Assembly (NCBI GenBank): GCA_945947575.1
Contig: CAMEYM010000014.1
Span: 2,738 to 66,737 of the forward strand
DNA from: Rhizobium sp. Q54
Lineage (GTDB): Bacteria > Pseudomonadota > Alphaproteobacteria > UBA2966 > CAIVPW01
DNA: 64,000 nucleotides
Reading direction: 5' to 3'
The notes under the pieces are model-generated. The model worked only from the letters and a program-made list of their open reading frames with translations, was not told the DNA's origin and ran no database searches. Both the position numbers and the translations under genes were made by a program. Of this stretch, positions 1 to 11,341 are shown piece by piece. Numbering within the stretch: the first letter of the stretch is position 1; the number at the start of each line of letters is the position of its first letter.

Positions 1-336
1 CAAGCGACCGATCGAGATGACGCGCGGCAGGTCCTTCGGCAGGCTGGCGAATACCGTCGGACGCCCCTTCTCGTCGCTGTGGGTTGTCACCAGTCCGGCG
101 GGCTTGTGGTAGCACCACAGCCTCGTGCGGGCGCGGCCGGGCAGGGGCACGCCATCGACGACGATCACGCTCTCGTCGGTCACCGTCACCGCCGGGCTGG
201 TCAGCTTGACGCCATCGACTTCGACGCGCCCCTGGACGATCCAGCGTTCCGCTTCCCGGCGCGAGCACAGGCCGGCGTCCGCCATGCGTTTGGCGATGCG
301 CTCGCCCTTCTTGTCTGTGTTGGCTACGGTACTCAT
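1..336 (-). CDS. rRNA pseudouridine synthase (RluB/RsuA-like), N-terminal part only; the gene runs off the window start
   Basis: My own reverse-complement translation from ATG at 336-334 gives MSTVANTDKKGERIAKRMADAGLCSRREAERWIVQGRVEVDGVKLTSPAVTVTDESVIVVDGVPLP..., an S4 RNA-binding domain typical of RsuA/RluB N-termini. It is divergent from tadA. It is absent from the ORF track because it is truncated by the window edge. Confidence 0.55.
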   Translation of the reverse strand, partial: MSTVANTDKKGERIAKRMADAGLCSRREAERWIVQGRVEVDGVKLTSPAVTVTDESVIVVDGVPLPGRARTRLWCYHKPAGLVTTHSDEKGRPTVFASLPKDLPRVISIGRL

Positions 337-338
337 CA

Positions 339-788
339 ATGAAGCCGTCCGCACACATGGAGCGCGCTCTGGCCGAGGCGGAAGCCGCCCAGGGCCGTGG
401 CGAGGTGCCGATCGGCGCCGTGCTCGTCGATGCCACCGGCGCGGTCGTCGCCGCCGACGGCAACCGCGTCATCGAGCTGCACGACCCCACCGCCCATGCC
501 GAGATGCTGGTGCTGCGCAGGGCGGCTGCCGCCTTCGGCAGCGAGCGCCTGTCGCACCTCGACCTCTACGTGACCCTGGAGCCGTGCGCCATGTGCGCCG
601 CGGCGCTGGCGCTCGCCCGCGTGCGCCGCGTCGTCTACGGCGCGCCCGACCCAAAGGGCGGCGGCGTCGATCATGGTGCGCGAATCTTCCAACAATCGAC
701 CACCCATCATCGTCCCGAAGTCGTATCCGGCGTCGGCGAAGGCCGCGCCGCGGAACTCCTGCGCAACTTCTTTCAGGCCAGGCGCTAG
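339..788 (+). CDS. tadA: tRNA adenosine(34) deaminase
   Basis: 149 aa with the CDA zinc motifs HAEMLVLR...LEPCAMCAAAL; typical TadA size. Confidence 0.9.
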   Translation: MKPSAHMERALAEAEAAQGRGEVPIGAVLVDATGAVVAADGNRVIELHDPTAHAEMLVLRRAAAAFGSERLSHLDLYVTLEPCAMCAAALALARVRRVVYGAPDPKGGGVDHGARIFQQSTTHHRPEVVSGVGEGRAAELLRNFFQARR

Positions 789-2056
789 CCGCGCGCGATC
801 GCGCGGAACCCGATATCGCGGCGGTAGAATCCGTCGGGCCAGCGTACCCGTTGCACTGCCGCGTAGGCTCGCGCCTGCGCCTCGGCCGCGTCCTTGCCGA
901 GCGCGGTGACGCCGAGTACGCGCCCGCCGTTGGCGATCCACGCACCATCCTTCCGCGCTGTACCGGCGTGGAAGATGGTTACGTCCGGCAGCGTCGCAGC
1001 TTCCTCGAGCCCTTCGATCACCGAACCCTTGTCGTAGGCGCCAGGATAGCCGCGCGTCGCCATCACCACGCACAGCGCGGTCTGCTCGCGCCAGCGCGCA
1101 TTGACCTTGTTGAGGGTGCCGTCGCGGGTCGCCATCAGCAGCGTCAACAGGTCCGACTTGAGGCGCGGAATCAGCACCTGGCACTCGGGATCGCCGAAGC
1201 GCGCGTTGTACTCGATCAGCTTGGGCGCTCCGTTGTGCACCATCAATCCCGCATACAGCGCGCCGACATATGGCCGCCCCTCGGCGACCATCGCCTTCGC
1301 CGTCGGCCGGATGATCTCATCCAGGATGCGCCTCTCCAGCGCGGGCGTATGCAAGGGCGGCTGGGAATAGGCGCCCATGCCGCCGGTGTTCGGCCCCGTG
1401 TCGCCGTCGCCGACCCGCTTGTGGTCCTGGGCTGCCGCGAGCGGCAGCACCTGCTCGCCGTGCACCAGGGCGAAGAAACTCAGCTCTTCGCCGGCGAGGA
1501 ATTCCTCGATAACGACTTCCTTGCCGGCCGCGCCCAGGGCGCCGCCGAACATCTCCGCGCACGCCTGCTCGGCCTCGGCCCGCGTCGCGCAGATGCGCAC
1601 GCCCTTGCCGAGGGCGAGGCCGTCGGCCTTGACCACGATGGGTGGCGTTGCGCTGGCGATGTGGCGCTTGGCGGCGGCGAGGTCGGTGACGCGGGCGAAG
1701 GCGGCGGTGGGGATGCCGTGGCGCGCACACAGCTCCTTCGTGAAGGCCTTGGAGCCTTCCAGCGCCGCGGCCTTGGAGGACGGCCCGAACGTAGGGATGC
1801 CGGCCGCCTCCAGGCGGTCGACTAGGCCATCGACGATCGGCCCATCCGGGCCGACCACGACAAAGCCGATCTTCTTCTCCTTGCAGAAGGCGATCAGGCC
1901 GGGGGTGTCGTCCACGGCGATCGGCACGCAGGTCGCGTCCGCAGCAATGCCGGCGTTGCCCGGCGCGCAATAGAGGGCATCGACCAGGGGCGATGCCGCC
2001 AAGCCCCAGCACAGGGCGTGTTCCCTGCCGCCGCCGCCGACTACGAGGACGTTCAT
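785..2056 (-). CDS. purD: phosphoribosylamine--glycine ligase
   Basis: Full-length PurD homology (MNVLVVGGGGREHAL..., ATP-grasp). I place the start at the ATG of MNVLVVGG (2056) rather than at the ORF-track M at 2113. Confidence 0.93.
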   Translation of the reverse strand: MNVLVVGGGGREHALCWGLAASPLVDALYCAPGNAGIAADATCVPIAVDDTPGLIAFCKEKKIGFVVVGPDGPIVDGLVDRLEAAGIPTFGPSSKAAALEGSKAFTKELCARHGIPTAAFARVTDLAAAKRHIASATPPIVVKADGLALGKGVRICATRAEAEQACAEMFGGALGAAGKEVVIEEFLAGEELSFFALVHGEQVLPLAAAQDHKRVGDGDTGPNTGGMGAYSQPPLHTPALERRILDEIIRPTAKAMVAEGRPYVGALYAGLMVHNGAPKLIEYNARFGDPECQVLIPRLKSDLLTLLMATRDGTLNKVNARWREQTALCVVMATRGYPGAYDKGSVIEGLEEAATLPDVTIFHAGTARKDGAWIANGGRVLGVTALGKDAAEAQARAYAAVQRVRWPDGFYRRDIGFRAIARG

Positions 2057-2064
2057 TGTGATGG

Positions 2065-3609
2065 GTGCGTTGGTGGTGCGGTTCGCCGTCTTGTAACATA
2101 GGGACAGTGGCACAAGCAGCCGATAGGGCAGGGGCCGCGCCCCCGGAGGCGTCCGCGCCGAACGATCCGCCCGAGAGCCCGGGCGCGCGGGCCAATGCGC
2201 CAGCGGTCCCTGGCATCCCCGAGTACACCGTCGCCGAGCTGTCGATGGCGCTCAAGCGCACCGTCGAGGGCGTGTTCGGCCGCCTGCGCGTGCGCGGCGA
2301 GATCACCAATCTGAAGCGGCCGTCGAGCGGTCACTGGTACTTCGACCTCAAGGATACCGACAGCGTCATCGCCGCGGTGTGCTGGCGCTCCACCGCAATC
2401 CGCCTGCGCACCAATCTTGAAGACGGCCTCGAGATGATCGTGACCGGCCGCCTCACCACGTATCCCGGCCGCTCGCAGTACCAGCTGGTCGTCGACCACG
2501 CCGAGCTCGCCGGCGCCGGCGCGCTGCTCAAGATACTCGATGCACGCCGCAAGAAGCTCGCCGCCGAAGGGCTCTTCGATCGCACGCGCAAGCGCAAGCT
2601 GCCGGTGCTGCCGGTCGTCATCGGCGTGGTGACCTCGCCGACCGGCGCAGTCTTCCGCGACATCCTGCACCGTCTGCGCGATCGCTTCCCGCGCCGCGTC
2701 CTGCTGTGGCCCGTTTCCGTGCAGGGCGCCGGCGCGGCGCCGGAAATCGCCGCCGCCATCCACGGCTTCAACCGCATCGACGGCGAGGGCGCCGTGCCAC
2801 GCCCCGACCTGCTCATCGTCGCGCGCGGCGGCGGCAGCGTCGAAGACCTTTGGGCCTTCAACGAAGAAGTCGTGGTGCGCGCCATCGCCGCGTCCGCCAT
2901 CCCGGTGATCAGCGCCGTCGGCCACGAGACCGATACCACGCTCGCCGACTTCGCCGCTGACGTGTGTGCGCCGACCCCGACCGCCGCTGCCGAGCTTGCC
3001 GTCCCGGTGCGCGCCGAGCTCATTACCGCCGTTCGCAATCTCTCCGCCCGCCTGTTCGGCTCCACCACGCGCCTGCTCGACCGCCGCCGCGAGAGCCTAT
3101 CCGGTCTCGCGCGCGGCCTGCGCAGTCCGCGCGAGGTGCTCGACCTCGCCGCCCAGCGTCTCGACCACGCCGGCATGCGCCTGGGGCGCGCCCACGGCGG
3201 GCTGATCGCCTCCTATGCTCAGCGCCTGACCGGTGCCGCTCGCGCCCTGCAGCCGCGCACCCTGCGCCGTAGTCTCGACGACGCCACCCGCCGCTTGCGC
3301 CAGGCCGACGCTGCCCTCCGGCGCGAGGCCGCTCGTCGTCTCAAGGAGCACGAACGCCGCCTTTCCGCCCTGGGAACGCTGCTCGAGAGCGTCAGCCACA
3401 GGAGCGTGCTCCAGCGCGGCTATGCGGTCATTCGCGACGCCCAGCAGCTGCCGGTGACCACGGCCCTCGGCCTCTCGTCCGGGATGCCTCTGGACATCGA
3501 GCTGAAAGACGGCCACATCGACGTGGTGACGGGAACCGTACGTACCGCACCGGTCCGCCCAAAGAAGAAGGGCCGCGACGACGGCTCAGACCAAGGGAGC
3601 TTGCTATGA
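2065..3609 (+). CDS. xseA: exodeoxyribonuclease VII large subunit
   Basis: OB-fold N-terminus (YTVAELSMALKRTVEGVFGRLRVRGEITNLKRPSSGHWYFDLKD) and the XseA catalytic body. The true start is probably downstream of 2065, since 2065 lies only 9 nt from the divergent purD start. Confidence 0.85.
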   Translation: MRWWCGSPSCNIGTVAQAADRAGAAPPEASAPNDPPESPGARANAPAVPGIPEYTVAELSMALKRTVEGVFGRLRVRGEITNLKRPSSGHWYFDLKDTDSVIAAVCWRSTAIRLRTNLEDGLEMIVTGRLTTYPGRSQYQLVVDHAELAGAGALLKILDARRKKLAAEGLFDRTRKRKLPVLPVVIGVVTSPTGAVFRDILHRLRDRFPRRVLLWPVSVQGAGAAPEIAAAIHGFNRIDGEGAVPRPDLLIVARGGGSVEDLWAFNEEVVVRAIAASAIPVISAVGHETDTTLADFAADVCAPTPTAAAELAVPVRAELITAVRNLSARLFGSTTRLLDRRRESLSGLARGLRSPREVLDLAAQRLDHAGMRLGRAHGGLIASYAQRLTGAARALQPRTLRRSLDDATRRLRQADAALRREAARRLKEHERRLSALGTLLESVSHRSVLQRGYAVIRDAQQLPVTTALGLSSGMPLDIELKDGHIDVVTGTVRTAPVRPKKKGRDDGSDQGSLL

Positions 3610-3830
3610 GAGACACACCCGAGCCGCGTCCCGAGGGACCGGAAGCCAAGCTCCTCTATGGCCCGGGCGGCTATCAGGTGATCAAGCCGGGGACGTTCGT
3701 CACGTGCTCGGTGACCGGCCGGCCCGTCCCGCTCGAGCAGTTGCGCTACTGGAACGTCGATCGCCAGGAAGCCTACTTCGACGCCGCCGCCGCGTTCCGG
3801 CGCCACACCGAAATCGAATCCAAAAAGTGA
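3606..3830 (+). CDS. DUF2093-like small conserved protein
   Basis: 74 aa (MRDTPEPRPEGPEAKLLYGPGGYQVIKPGTFVTCSVTGRPVPLEQLRYWNVDRQEAYF...). Its ATGA start overlaps the xseA stop and its stop overlaps the next gene's GTG, so it is translationally coupled. The family assignment is from memory. Confidence 0.55.
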   Translation: MRDTPEPRPEGPEAKLLYGPGGYQVIKPGTFVTCSVTGRPVPLEQLRYWNVDRQEAYFDAAAAFRRHTEIESKK

Positions 3831-4642
3831 TCCGCGGCTTCGCGGCAGCCCTGCTTGCCATGCTCGTGGGCGCGGCGGCCGCGCACGCGCGCGACATCTC
3901 CTACAGCGGCGCGCTCGTCCAAGGCGGCCTTGTCATAGCGAGTGCGCCCGGCGCCCAGTCCGCGACCGTCGATGGCCGCGCAGTCACGGTCGCGCCCGAC
4001 GGCACCTTCGTCTTCGGCATCCACGCGGAGGCAAAGCCCGAGGCGCGCCTCATCGTCCGCTACGGCGACGGGTTCGAGGAGATGCATACTCTCCCCGTCA
4101 AGCGCCAGATCTGGAAGGTCGAGCGCGTCGATGGCCTGCCGCCCGCCATGGTCAACCCGCCCCCGGCGGTGCAGGCGCGCATCGCCCGCGAAAATGCGCT
4201 CATCGCCAGCGCACGCAGGGACCAGGCCCCGGAGACTTGGTTCGCCGGCGGCTTCGCCTGGCCGGTGGTTGGGCGCATCAGCGGCGTGTTCGGTTCGCGC
4301 CGCATCCTCAACGGCCAGCCGATGTCGCCGCACTGGGGTCTCGATATCGCCATGCCGACCGGCACGCCCGTGGTGGCGCCGGCGCCCGCTCGCGTCACCC
4401 TTGCGGAGTCGGATCTCTACTACACGGGCGGCACCATCATTCTCGATCACGGCTACGGCGTGACATCGACCTACGCGCATCTGTCGAATGTCGGCGTGAA
4501 GGTCGGGCAGATCGTGCAGCTGGGCGAACAGATCGGCGCCGTCGGTGCTACGGGCCGCGTCACCGGCGCGCACCTGCACTGGACCGTCAACTGGTTCGAC
4601 GTGCGCATTGACCCGGCGCTCGTCGTCGCGCCGGCGCCCTAG
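3827..4642 (+). CDS. M23 family metallopeptidase (periplasmic, signal peptide)
   Basis: GTG at 3827 (GTGA overlap with the upstream stop) gives the signal peptide IRGFAAALLAMLVGAAAAHA. The C-terminus carries M23 LytM motifs (HWGLDIAMPTGTPVVAPAPARV...GYGVTSTYAHLS...TGRVTGAHLHW). Confidence 0.85.
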   Translation: MIRGFAAALLAMLVGAAAAHARDISYSGALVQGGLVIASAPGAQSATVDGRAVTVAPDGTFVFGIHAEAKPEARLIVRYGDGFEEMHTLPVKRQIWKVERVDGLPPAMVNPPPAVQARIARENALIASARRDQAPETWFAGGFAWPVVGRISGVFGSRRILNGQPMSPHWGLDIAMPTGTPVVAPAPARVTLAESDLYYTGGTIILDHGYGVTSTYAHLSNVGVKVGQIVQLGEQIGAVGATGRVTGAHLHWTVNWFDVRIDPALVVAPAP

Positions 4643-5547
4643 TCGCCCCACCGGTTGTGCAGCCAGAGCCACTGTTCTGGCCGCGCGCGAATCCAGCCTT
4701 CCATCAGCGCGTTGACGCGCCGCATCGTCTCGGCGACGTCGGCGGCGCGGTCGCCGGTGCGTGGCACGTCCAGGGGCGGATAGAACGTCACCCGGAAGCG
4801 CGCGCCGTCCAGGCGCTCGCAGCGTGCCGGCAGCAGCGGCACGCCGTCGCGCACCGCGAACTGCGCCATTGCCGGTGCGGTCATGGCGGGGCGGCCGAAG
4901 AACGGCACGGCGATGCCGTCGCTCAGCTTCTGGTCCACAAGCATGGCGAAGTGGCGGCCCTCGCGCAGGCCCTCGACCATGGTCTTGGCGGCCGAACGCC
5001 CCTTGTTGTGGAACGCGCCCATCGGCGTGCGGTAGTACGCCATGACGCGGTTCAGCACCTGGTTGTTGATCTCGCGATAGATAATCGTCGCGTCGATGCC
5101 GCGCTGCTGCACGGCGACCGGCGGCAGATCCCACTGGCCGATGTGGCCGGCGAAGAAGATGGCACCACGGCCGCTCGCTTTGATGGCGTCGAGATGCTCG
5201 GCGCCGATCACCTCGACCGGACCATCGGGCGCATAGCAGTCGATGGCGCGCAGGTGCGCGCTCTCCAGCGCCAGACGGCCAAGATGGTCCCACATGGCGC
5301 GGACGGTAGCGCGCACCTCTTGCGGAGACTTCTCCGGAAATGCGCGCGCGACGTTGCGCACCGCGACACGCGAGCGTGCCAGAAGCGGCCCGACGGAGCG
5401 CGCGACGGCGCCGCCCAGCGCCGACGCCGCGCCGAGGGGGAGGCGGGCGCACAGCCACAGCAACGCGGCGGCCAAGCCGGCTTCGCCGTACTCCGCCAGT
5501 GCCGTGCGGGCGCGGTACTTGCGGCGGGCGGGCAACGCCTCACTCAT
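4639..5547 (-). CDS. lpxL: lipid A biosynthesis lauroyl/myristoyl acyltransferase (LpxL/HtrB/MsbB family)
   Basis: LPLAT family with the HIGQWD-like motif (FFAGHIGQWDLPP). I set the start at MSEALPARRKY (ATG 5547); the stop overlaps the M23 gene end. Confidence 0.82.
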   Translation of the reverse strand: MSEALPARRKYRARTALAEYGEAGLAAALLWLCARLPLGAASALGGAVARSVGPLLARSRVAVRNVARAFPEKSPQEVRATVRAMWDHLGRLALESAHLRAIDCYAPDGPVEVIGAEHLDAIKASGRGAIFFAGHIGQWDLPPVAVQQRGIDATIIYREINNQVLNRVMAYYRTPMGAFHNKGRSAAKTMVEGLREGRHFAMLVDQKLSDGIAVPFFGRPAMTAPAMAQFAVRDGVPLLPARCERLDGARFRVTFYPPLDVPRTGDRAADVAETMRRVNALMEGWIRARPEQWLWLHNRWGD

Positions 5548-6515
5548 CGGGGCAGTGCCGCGGCCAGGACACGGGCGAGCGCCGCCGTGTCGGCGAACTC
5601 GAGCGTCACGTCGAGCACGTCGATGCCGGCGCGGTCGGAAAGGCGCATCCAGTCCTTGGCGGTCGTCACCAAGCGCGCGTTGGCCGCGTGTGCCTCCGCG
5701 CGCAGTCGCGTGATCTCGCCCGGCCGGTAGCGATGGTGGTCGGGAAAGTTGCAGCGTGTCACCACGGTGCATCCAATGGACTCCAGGGTTTCGAAGAACT
5801 TGGCCGGCCGTCCGATGCCGGCGAAAGCGACCACCCGTGCGCCCGCCAGAGCCGTGCGCGCATCCGCCGTCGGCAACAACGCCGCGTGCAGGACCGGCAC
5901 GTTGGCGGGTACGGCGGGTGGCGCGTCGCCGCCAACCACGACGAGAGCCGAGGCGCGTTGCATCCCGAACGCGACGCTTTCGCGCAAGGGCCCCGCGGGC
6001 AGGGTGCGGCCGTTGCCGAGGCCGTAGGTTCCGTCCACCACCACCAGCGACACATCCTTTGTGAGGCCCGGGTTCTGGAATCCGTCGTCGAGGATCACGG
6101 CCGTCGCGCCGGACGCGGCGGCGAGCTCGGCGCCCGCGGCGCGGTCGCGGGCGACCCAGGTCGGCGCCACCGCCGCCAGCAGCAAGGCCTCGTCGCCGAC
6201 TTCCTTCTCGGTGTGGCGGCTGCGGTCAACGCGCAACGGGCCCGGCACGCTGCCGCCGTAGCCGCGCGACAGGAAATGCGGCGTCGCGCCCTTGCCGCGC
6301 ATGTACGTGGCGATGGCGAGAGCCACCGGCGTCTTGCCGGCGCCGCCGGCGACCAGATTGCCGACGCACACCACGGGAATCGGCGCGCGCGCCGGCCGGG
6401 TCAGGCGCCAGCGCAAGCGGTGTGCAGCGGCGTACGCCCATGCCGCCGGCGTCAGCGCCGTCGCGGCGAGCGAGAAGCGCCCCGTCGGGTCATCCCAGAA
6501 GGCAGGGGCGCGCAT
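5544..6515 (-). CDS. lpxK: tetraacyldisaccharide 4'-kinase
   Basis: MRAPAFWDDPTG...PVVCVGNLVAGGAGKTPVALAIA has the P-loop typical of LpxK. ATG at 6515; the ORF-track extension up to 7346 is spurious. Confidence 0.9.
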   Translation of the reverse strand: MRAPAFWDDPTGRFSLAATALTPAAWAYAAAHRLRWRLTRPARAPIPVVCVGNLVAGGAGKTPVALAIATYMRGKGATPHFLSRGYGGSVPGPLRVDRSRHTEKEVGDEALLLAAVAPTWVARDRAAGAELAAASGATAVILDDGFQNPGLTKDVSLVVVDGTYGLGNGRTLPAGPLRESVAFGMQRASALVVVGGDAPPAVPANVPVLHAALLPTADARTALAGARVVAFAGIGRPAKFFETLESIGCTVVTRCNFPDHHRYRPGEITRLRAEAHAANARLVTTAKDWMRLSDRAGIDVLDVTLEFADTAALARVLAAALPR

Positions 6516-6517
6516 GA

Positions 6518-7245
6518 TCACGAGGTGGCAGGGGCCTTGTCGGCGACCGCGCGCGGCGCCGGCTCGACCGGGGCGTGGCCCGTCAGGCGATCGGCAGTGT
6601 CGGTGACCGCGGTGATGGCCGCCTCGATGCGCAACTGCGCTGCAGCGCACGCGTCGCGATCGGCGTCGCGCGGAATCGCGATCGGCTCGCCCCACACGAA
6701 CACGCCGCGCGAAAAGGGCAGGGGCAGCAGGAAGCGGTCCCACGAATTCAGCAGTCGGCGCCGCGACGTGCCCACCGCCATCGGCACGACCGGCACGCCG
6801 GCGAGACGCGCCGCGGAGACGATGCCTTCGCTCGCCCGCATGCGCGGCCCGCGCGGCCCATCCGGGCTGATGGCGACGTAGGCGCCGCGGCGCAGCAGGC
6901 GCACGATCTCGCGCAACGCCTGCGCGCCTTCGCCCTCCTTGGAGGAACCGCGGACCGTGCCGACACCGAAGTTGCCGATCGTGCGGGTGATGAGTTCGCC
7001 GTCGCGGTGGCGGGAAATCAGCACGTGCATCGGATGGCGCGTGTCCCAGGCGAAGCACGGCATGAGCAGGCGGCCATGCCAGAAGCCAAGGATGAACGGC
7101 TCCTTGCGGTCCCAGAAGCCCTGCGGGATGTCGCCGTTGCGCACCTCCCAGCGGCTGGTCCGGTAGGTCAGGCCCATATACAGGGTGGCGAGCCGCACGA
7201 CGACGCGACGCACCCACTCGACGTCCATTAGCCGCTTTGTGACGC

Positions 7246-7249
<4 letters not shown>
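6518..7249 (-). CDS. DUF374 lysophospholipid acyltransferase-family protein (lipid A cluster)
   Basis: 243 aa (FILGFWHGRLLMPCF...HVLISRHRDGELI...AISPDGPRGPR). This DUF374 family normally sits with waaA and lpxK; it overlaps the msbA stop by 4 nt. Confidence 0.72.
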
Positions 7250-9051
<1,802 letters not shown>

Positions 9052-9105
9052 CTCAGGAGTCGCGGAAAGCCTAGCACGGCGGCCCCCTCCGGGGCAGCGC
9101 CGGGC

Positions 9106-9903
9106 TCAGCCGGCGCTCGCGACCCCGGCCGTCAGGCGGCCGAGCAATTGCCCGTGCAGCGTCGGCTTGGCGGCGAACACGCCGACGTGGCGGGTGTTGG
9201 CCTGGTTGTAGACGATGTCCTGGCCGTCGCTGCCCGTAACGCGGCCCCCGGCGGCACGCACCAGGGCGTCGGCGGCGGCAATGTCCCAGTCGCACACCGG
9301 CGACATGGCGACCGCGGCGTCGTACGTGCCCGCGGCCACCAACGCCATGCGGTAGGCGATCGAATGCACCGTGAAGAACTCGCATCCCGTCAGCTCGCCA
9401 CAGGCGCGCTCGATGGCGCCGCGGCTGCCCAGGATGCGCGCCGAGGTGATGGTGGCGGCCGGCACTGGTGCGACGAGTTTGCCGTTCGCCCGCACCCGGC
9501 CGCCTTTGCATGCCGCGAAGACTTCTTCGGTGGCCGGGTTGCAGACCACGCCGGCGATGGGCTCGCCGTCGGCCACGAGCCCCGCCGATACGGCGAACTC
9601 CGGATGATGGCGAACGAAGGCGCGCGTGCCGTCGATGGGATCGACCACCCACACGTACTTGCGATCGAGGCGCTTGCCGTCGTCGGGCGTCTCCTCCGAC
9701 AGCCAGCCGTAGGCGGGCCGCGCTTCCAAAAGTCTCTTCTTCAGAAGTGCATCGACGGCGAGGTCGGCCTCGGTGACCGGGTTGTTCGGACTCTTCTCCC
9801 AGACCTTGGCGCCGTGGTCATAGAACCGCCGCGCCACGACCGCCGCCTCTTCGACGGCGTCGCGCAGCAGCTGGAAGTCGTCGCGGAGCCGGGTGGACGG
9901 CAC
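9106..9903 (-). CDS. inositol monophosphatase / CysQ-family 3'(2'),5'-bisphosphate nucleotidase
   Basis: IMPase motifs WLSEETPDD and WVVDPIDGTRAFV. I chose GTG at 9903, which overlaps the pmbA stop (TAGTG); the upstream part of the track ORF is arginine-rich junk antisense sequence. Confidence 0.72.
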   Translation of the reverse strand: MPSTRLRDDFQLLRDAVEEAAVVARRFYDHGAKVWEKSPNNPVTEADLAVDALLKKRLLEARPAYGWLSEETPDDGKRLDRKYVWVVDPIDGTRAFVRHHPEFAVSAGLVADGEPIAGVVCNPATEEVFAACKGGRVRANGKLVAPVPAATITSARILGSRGAIERACGELTGCEFFTVHSIAYRMALVAAGTYDAAVAMSPVCDWDIAAADALVRAAGGRVTGSDGQDIVYNQANTRHVGVFAAKPTLHGQLLGRLTAGVASAG

Positions 9904-11258
9904 TACTTGCCGGCCACCGTCATGCCGTCGATGCGCAACGTCGGCGCGTTGGTCCCGTAGCGGAACTCGAGGTCGTTGGCCGGAACGATGGCGGCGAACA
10001 TGGTGCGCAAGTTTCCGGCGATCGTGAATTCGGCGATCGGGCTGGTCTGCTTGCCGTTCTCGATCAGGTAGCCGGAGGCGCCGCGGCTGTAGTCGCCGGT
10101 GATCATGTTGACGCCGAAGCCGATCAGCTCGGTGACGTAGACGCCGAGCTTGATGTCCGCCATCAGCTCCTCGGGCGTCACCTCGCCCGGCTCCATGTAC
10201 AGGTTGCTCGACGAGGGTCCCGGCGGTGCGGCGCCACCGCGCGCCGCGTGGCCGGTTGTGCGCAGGCCGAGCTGCCGCGCCGATGCGCTGGACAGGAGCC
10301 ACGTCTTGAGGACGCCCGCGTCGGCGAGCGCCATCGTGCGGGTCGTCACGCCTTCGCCATCGAAGGGGCGCGAGCCCAGGCCGCGGATGCGATGCGGATC
10401 GTCGACGATGGTGACGTCCTTGGAGAACACCGCTTTGCCCATGTCGTTGCGCAGGAAGCTGGTGCCGCGAGCGATCGACGCACCCGAGATGGCGCCGGCG
10501 AAATGGCCGAGCATCGAGTTGGAGATACGCGGCTCCAGTACGATCGGCAGGGAGCCGGACTCGATCTTGCGCGGATGGAGGCGCCGTACGGCGCGCTCGC
10601 CGGCCTCCTTGCCGACCGCGGCGTTGTCCTCGAGGTCTTCCTCGAAGCGGGCGCGCGTCGACGAGTAATCCGTCTCCATGCCGGTGCCGGTGCCGGCGAC
10701 GACCGAGACGCTGGACGAGAACATCGACGTCTCGTAGCTGCCGACGAAGCCGTCCGACGTCACCAGAGTGTTCTGGCCGCGGCCCCAGCTCGCGCCGGCG
10801 CCGTCGGAATTGGTGACGCCCTTCACGGCGCGCGCCGCGTCCTCGATTTCGGCGGCGCGCGCGTACAGGCGCTCGCCGTCCGGCTCGCTGGTGTCGAGCA
10901 GCTCGAGCTTGGGGAAGTGCTTGGCCAGCAGCTCCGGATCCGCCAAGCCGCAGTACGGATCCTCGGGCGCGATGCGCGCCATCGACAGGGCGCGATCCAG
11001 AAGCGAATCGAGGGTCGGCGCCGACAGGTCGGTGGACGAGACGATTGCTTGGCGCTTGCCGATCAGCACGCGCAACCCAACGGTCTGGCCCTCCGAGCGG
11101 TTGAGGTTCTCGCGCTCGCCGAGGCGCTGGGTCACCGACATCGAGGTGCCGTGGATGAGCACCGCGTCGGCCGCCGTCGCGCCCTTGCGGGTGGCGCGGG
11201 CGATCAGGTCCGAAAGGACCTCGGCGGGACGGGTTTTGTCGGCGGTAGAAGCGCGCAT
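9903..11258 (-). CDS. pmbA: TldE/PmbA metalloprotease
   Basis: Whole-length homology to the TldD/PmbA family (PmbA_TldD C-terminal core). Start set at MRASTADKTRPAEVLSDL (ATG 11258). Confidence 0.85.
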   Translation of the reverse strand: MRASTADKTRPAEVLSDLIARATRKGATAADAVLIHGTSMSVTQRLGERENLNRSEGQTVGLRVLIGKRQAIVSSTDLSAPTLDSLLDRALSMARIAPEDPYCGLADPELLAKHFPKLELLDTSEPDGERLYARAAEIEDAARAVKGVTNSDGAGASWGRGQNTLVTSDGFVGSYETSMFSSSVSVVAGTGTGMETDYSSTRARFEEDLEDNAAVGKEAGERAVRRLHPRKIESGSLPIVLEPRISNSMLGHFAGAISGASIARGTSFLRNDMGKAVFSKDVTIVDDPHRIRGLGSRPFDGEGVTTRTMALADAGVLKTWLLSSASARQLGLRTTGHAARGGAAPPGPSSSNLYMEPGEVTPEELMADIKLGVYVTELIGFGVNMITGDYSRGASGYLIENGKQTSPIAEFTIAGNLRTMFAAIVPANDLEFRYGTNAPTLRIDGMTVAGK

Positions 11259-11341
11259 CGAGGCACTGCCTTGGCTGGTGGGAAGCTGCCCGCCTGGGGC
11301 GTGTCCACTATATGGGGCGGCCGTGGCCGCGCGCCAGGAGC

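Noticed and set aside
125-1825. 566-aa plus-strand ORF spanning tadA and purD
   Set aside because: Arginine/alanine-rich low-complexity translation antisense or out-of-frame to two genes with strong homology; a typical GC-rich spurious frame.
3773-5458. 561-aa minus-strand ORF across the M23 peptidase and lpxL
   Set aside because: No domain signal and extreme Arg/Gly/Ala composition; it overlaps real genes with clear motifs on the other strand or frame.
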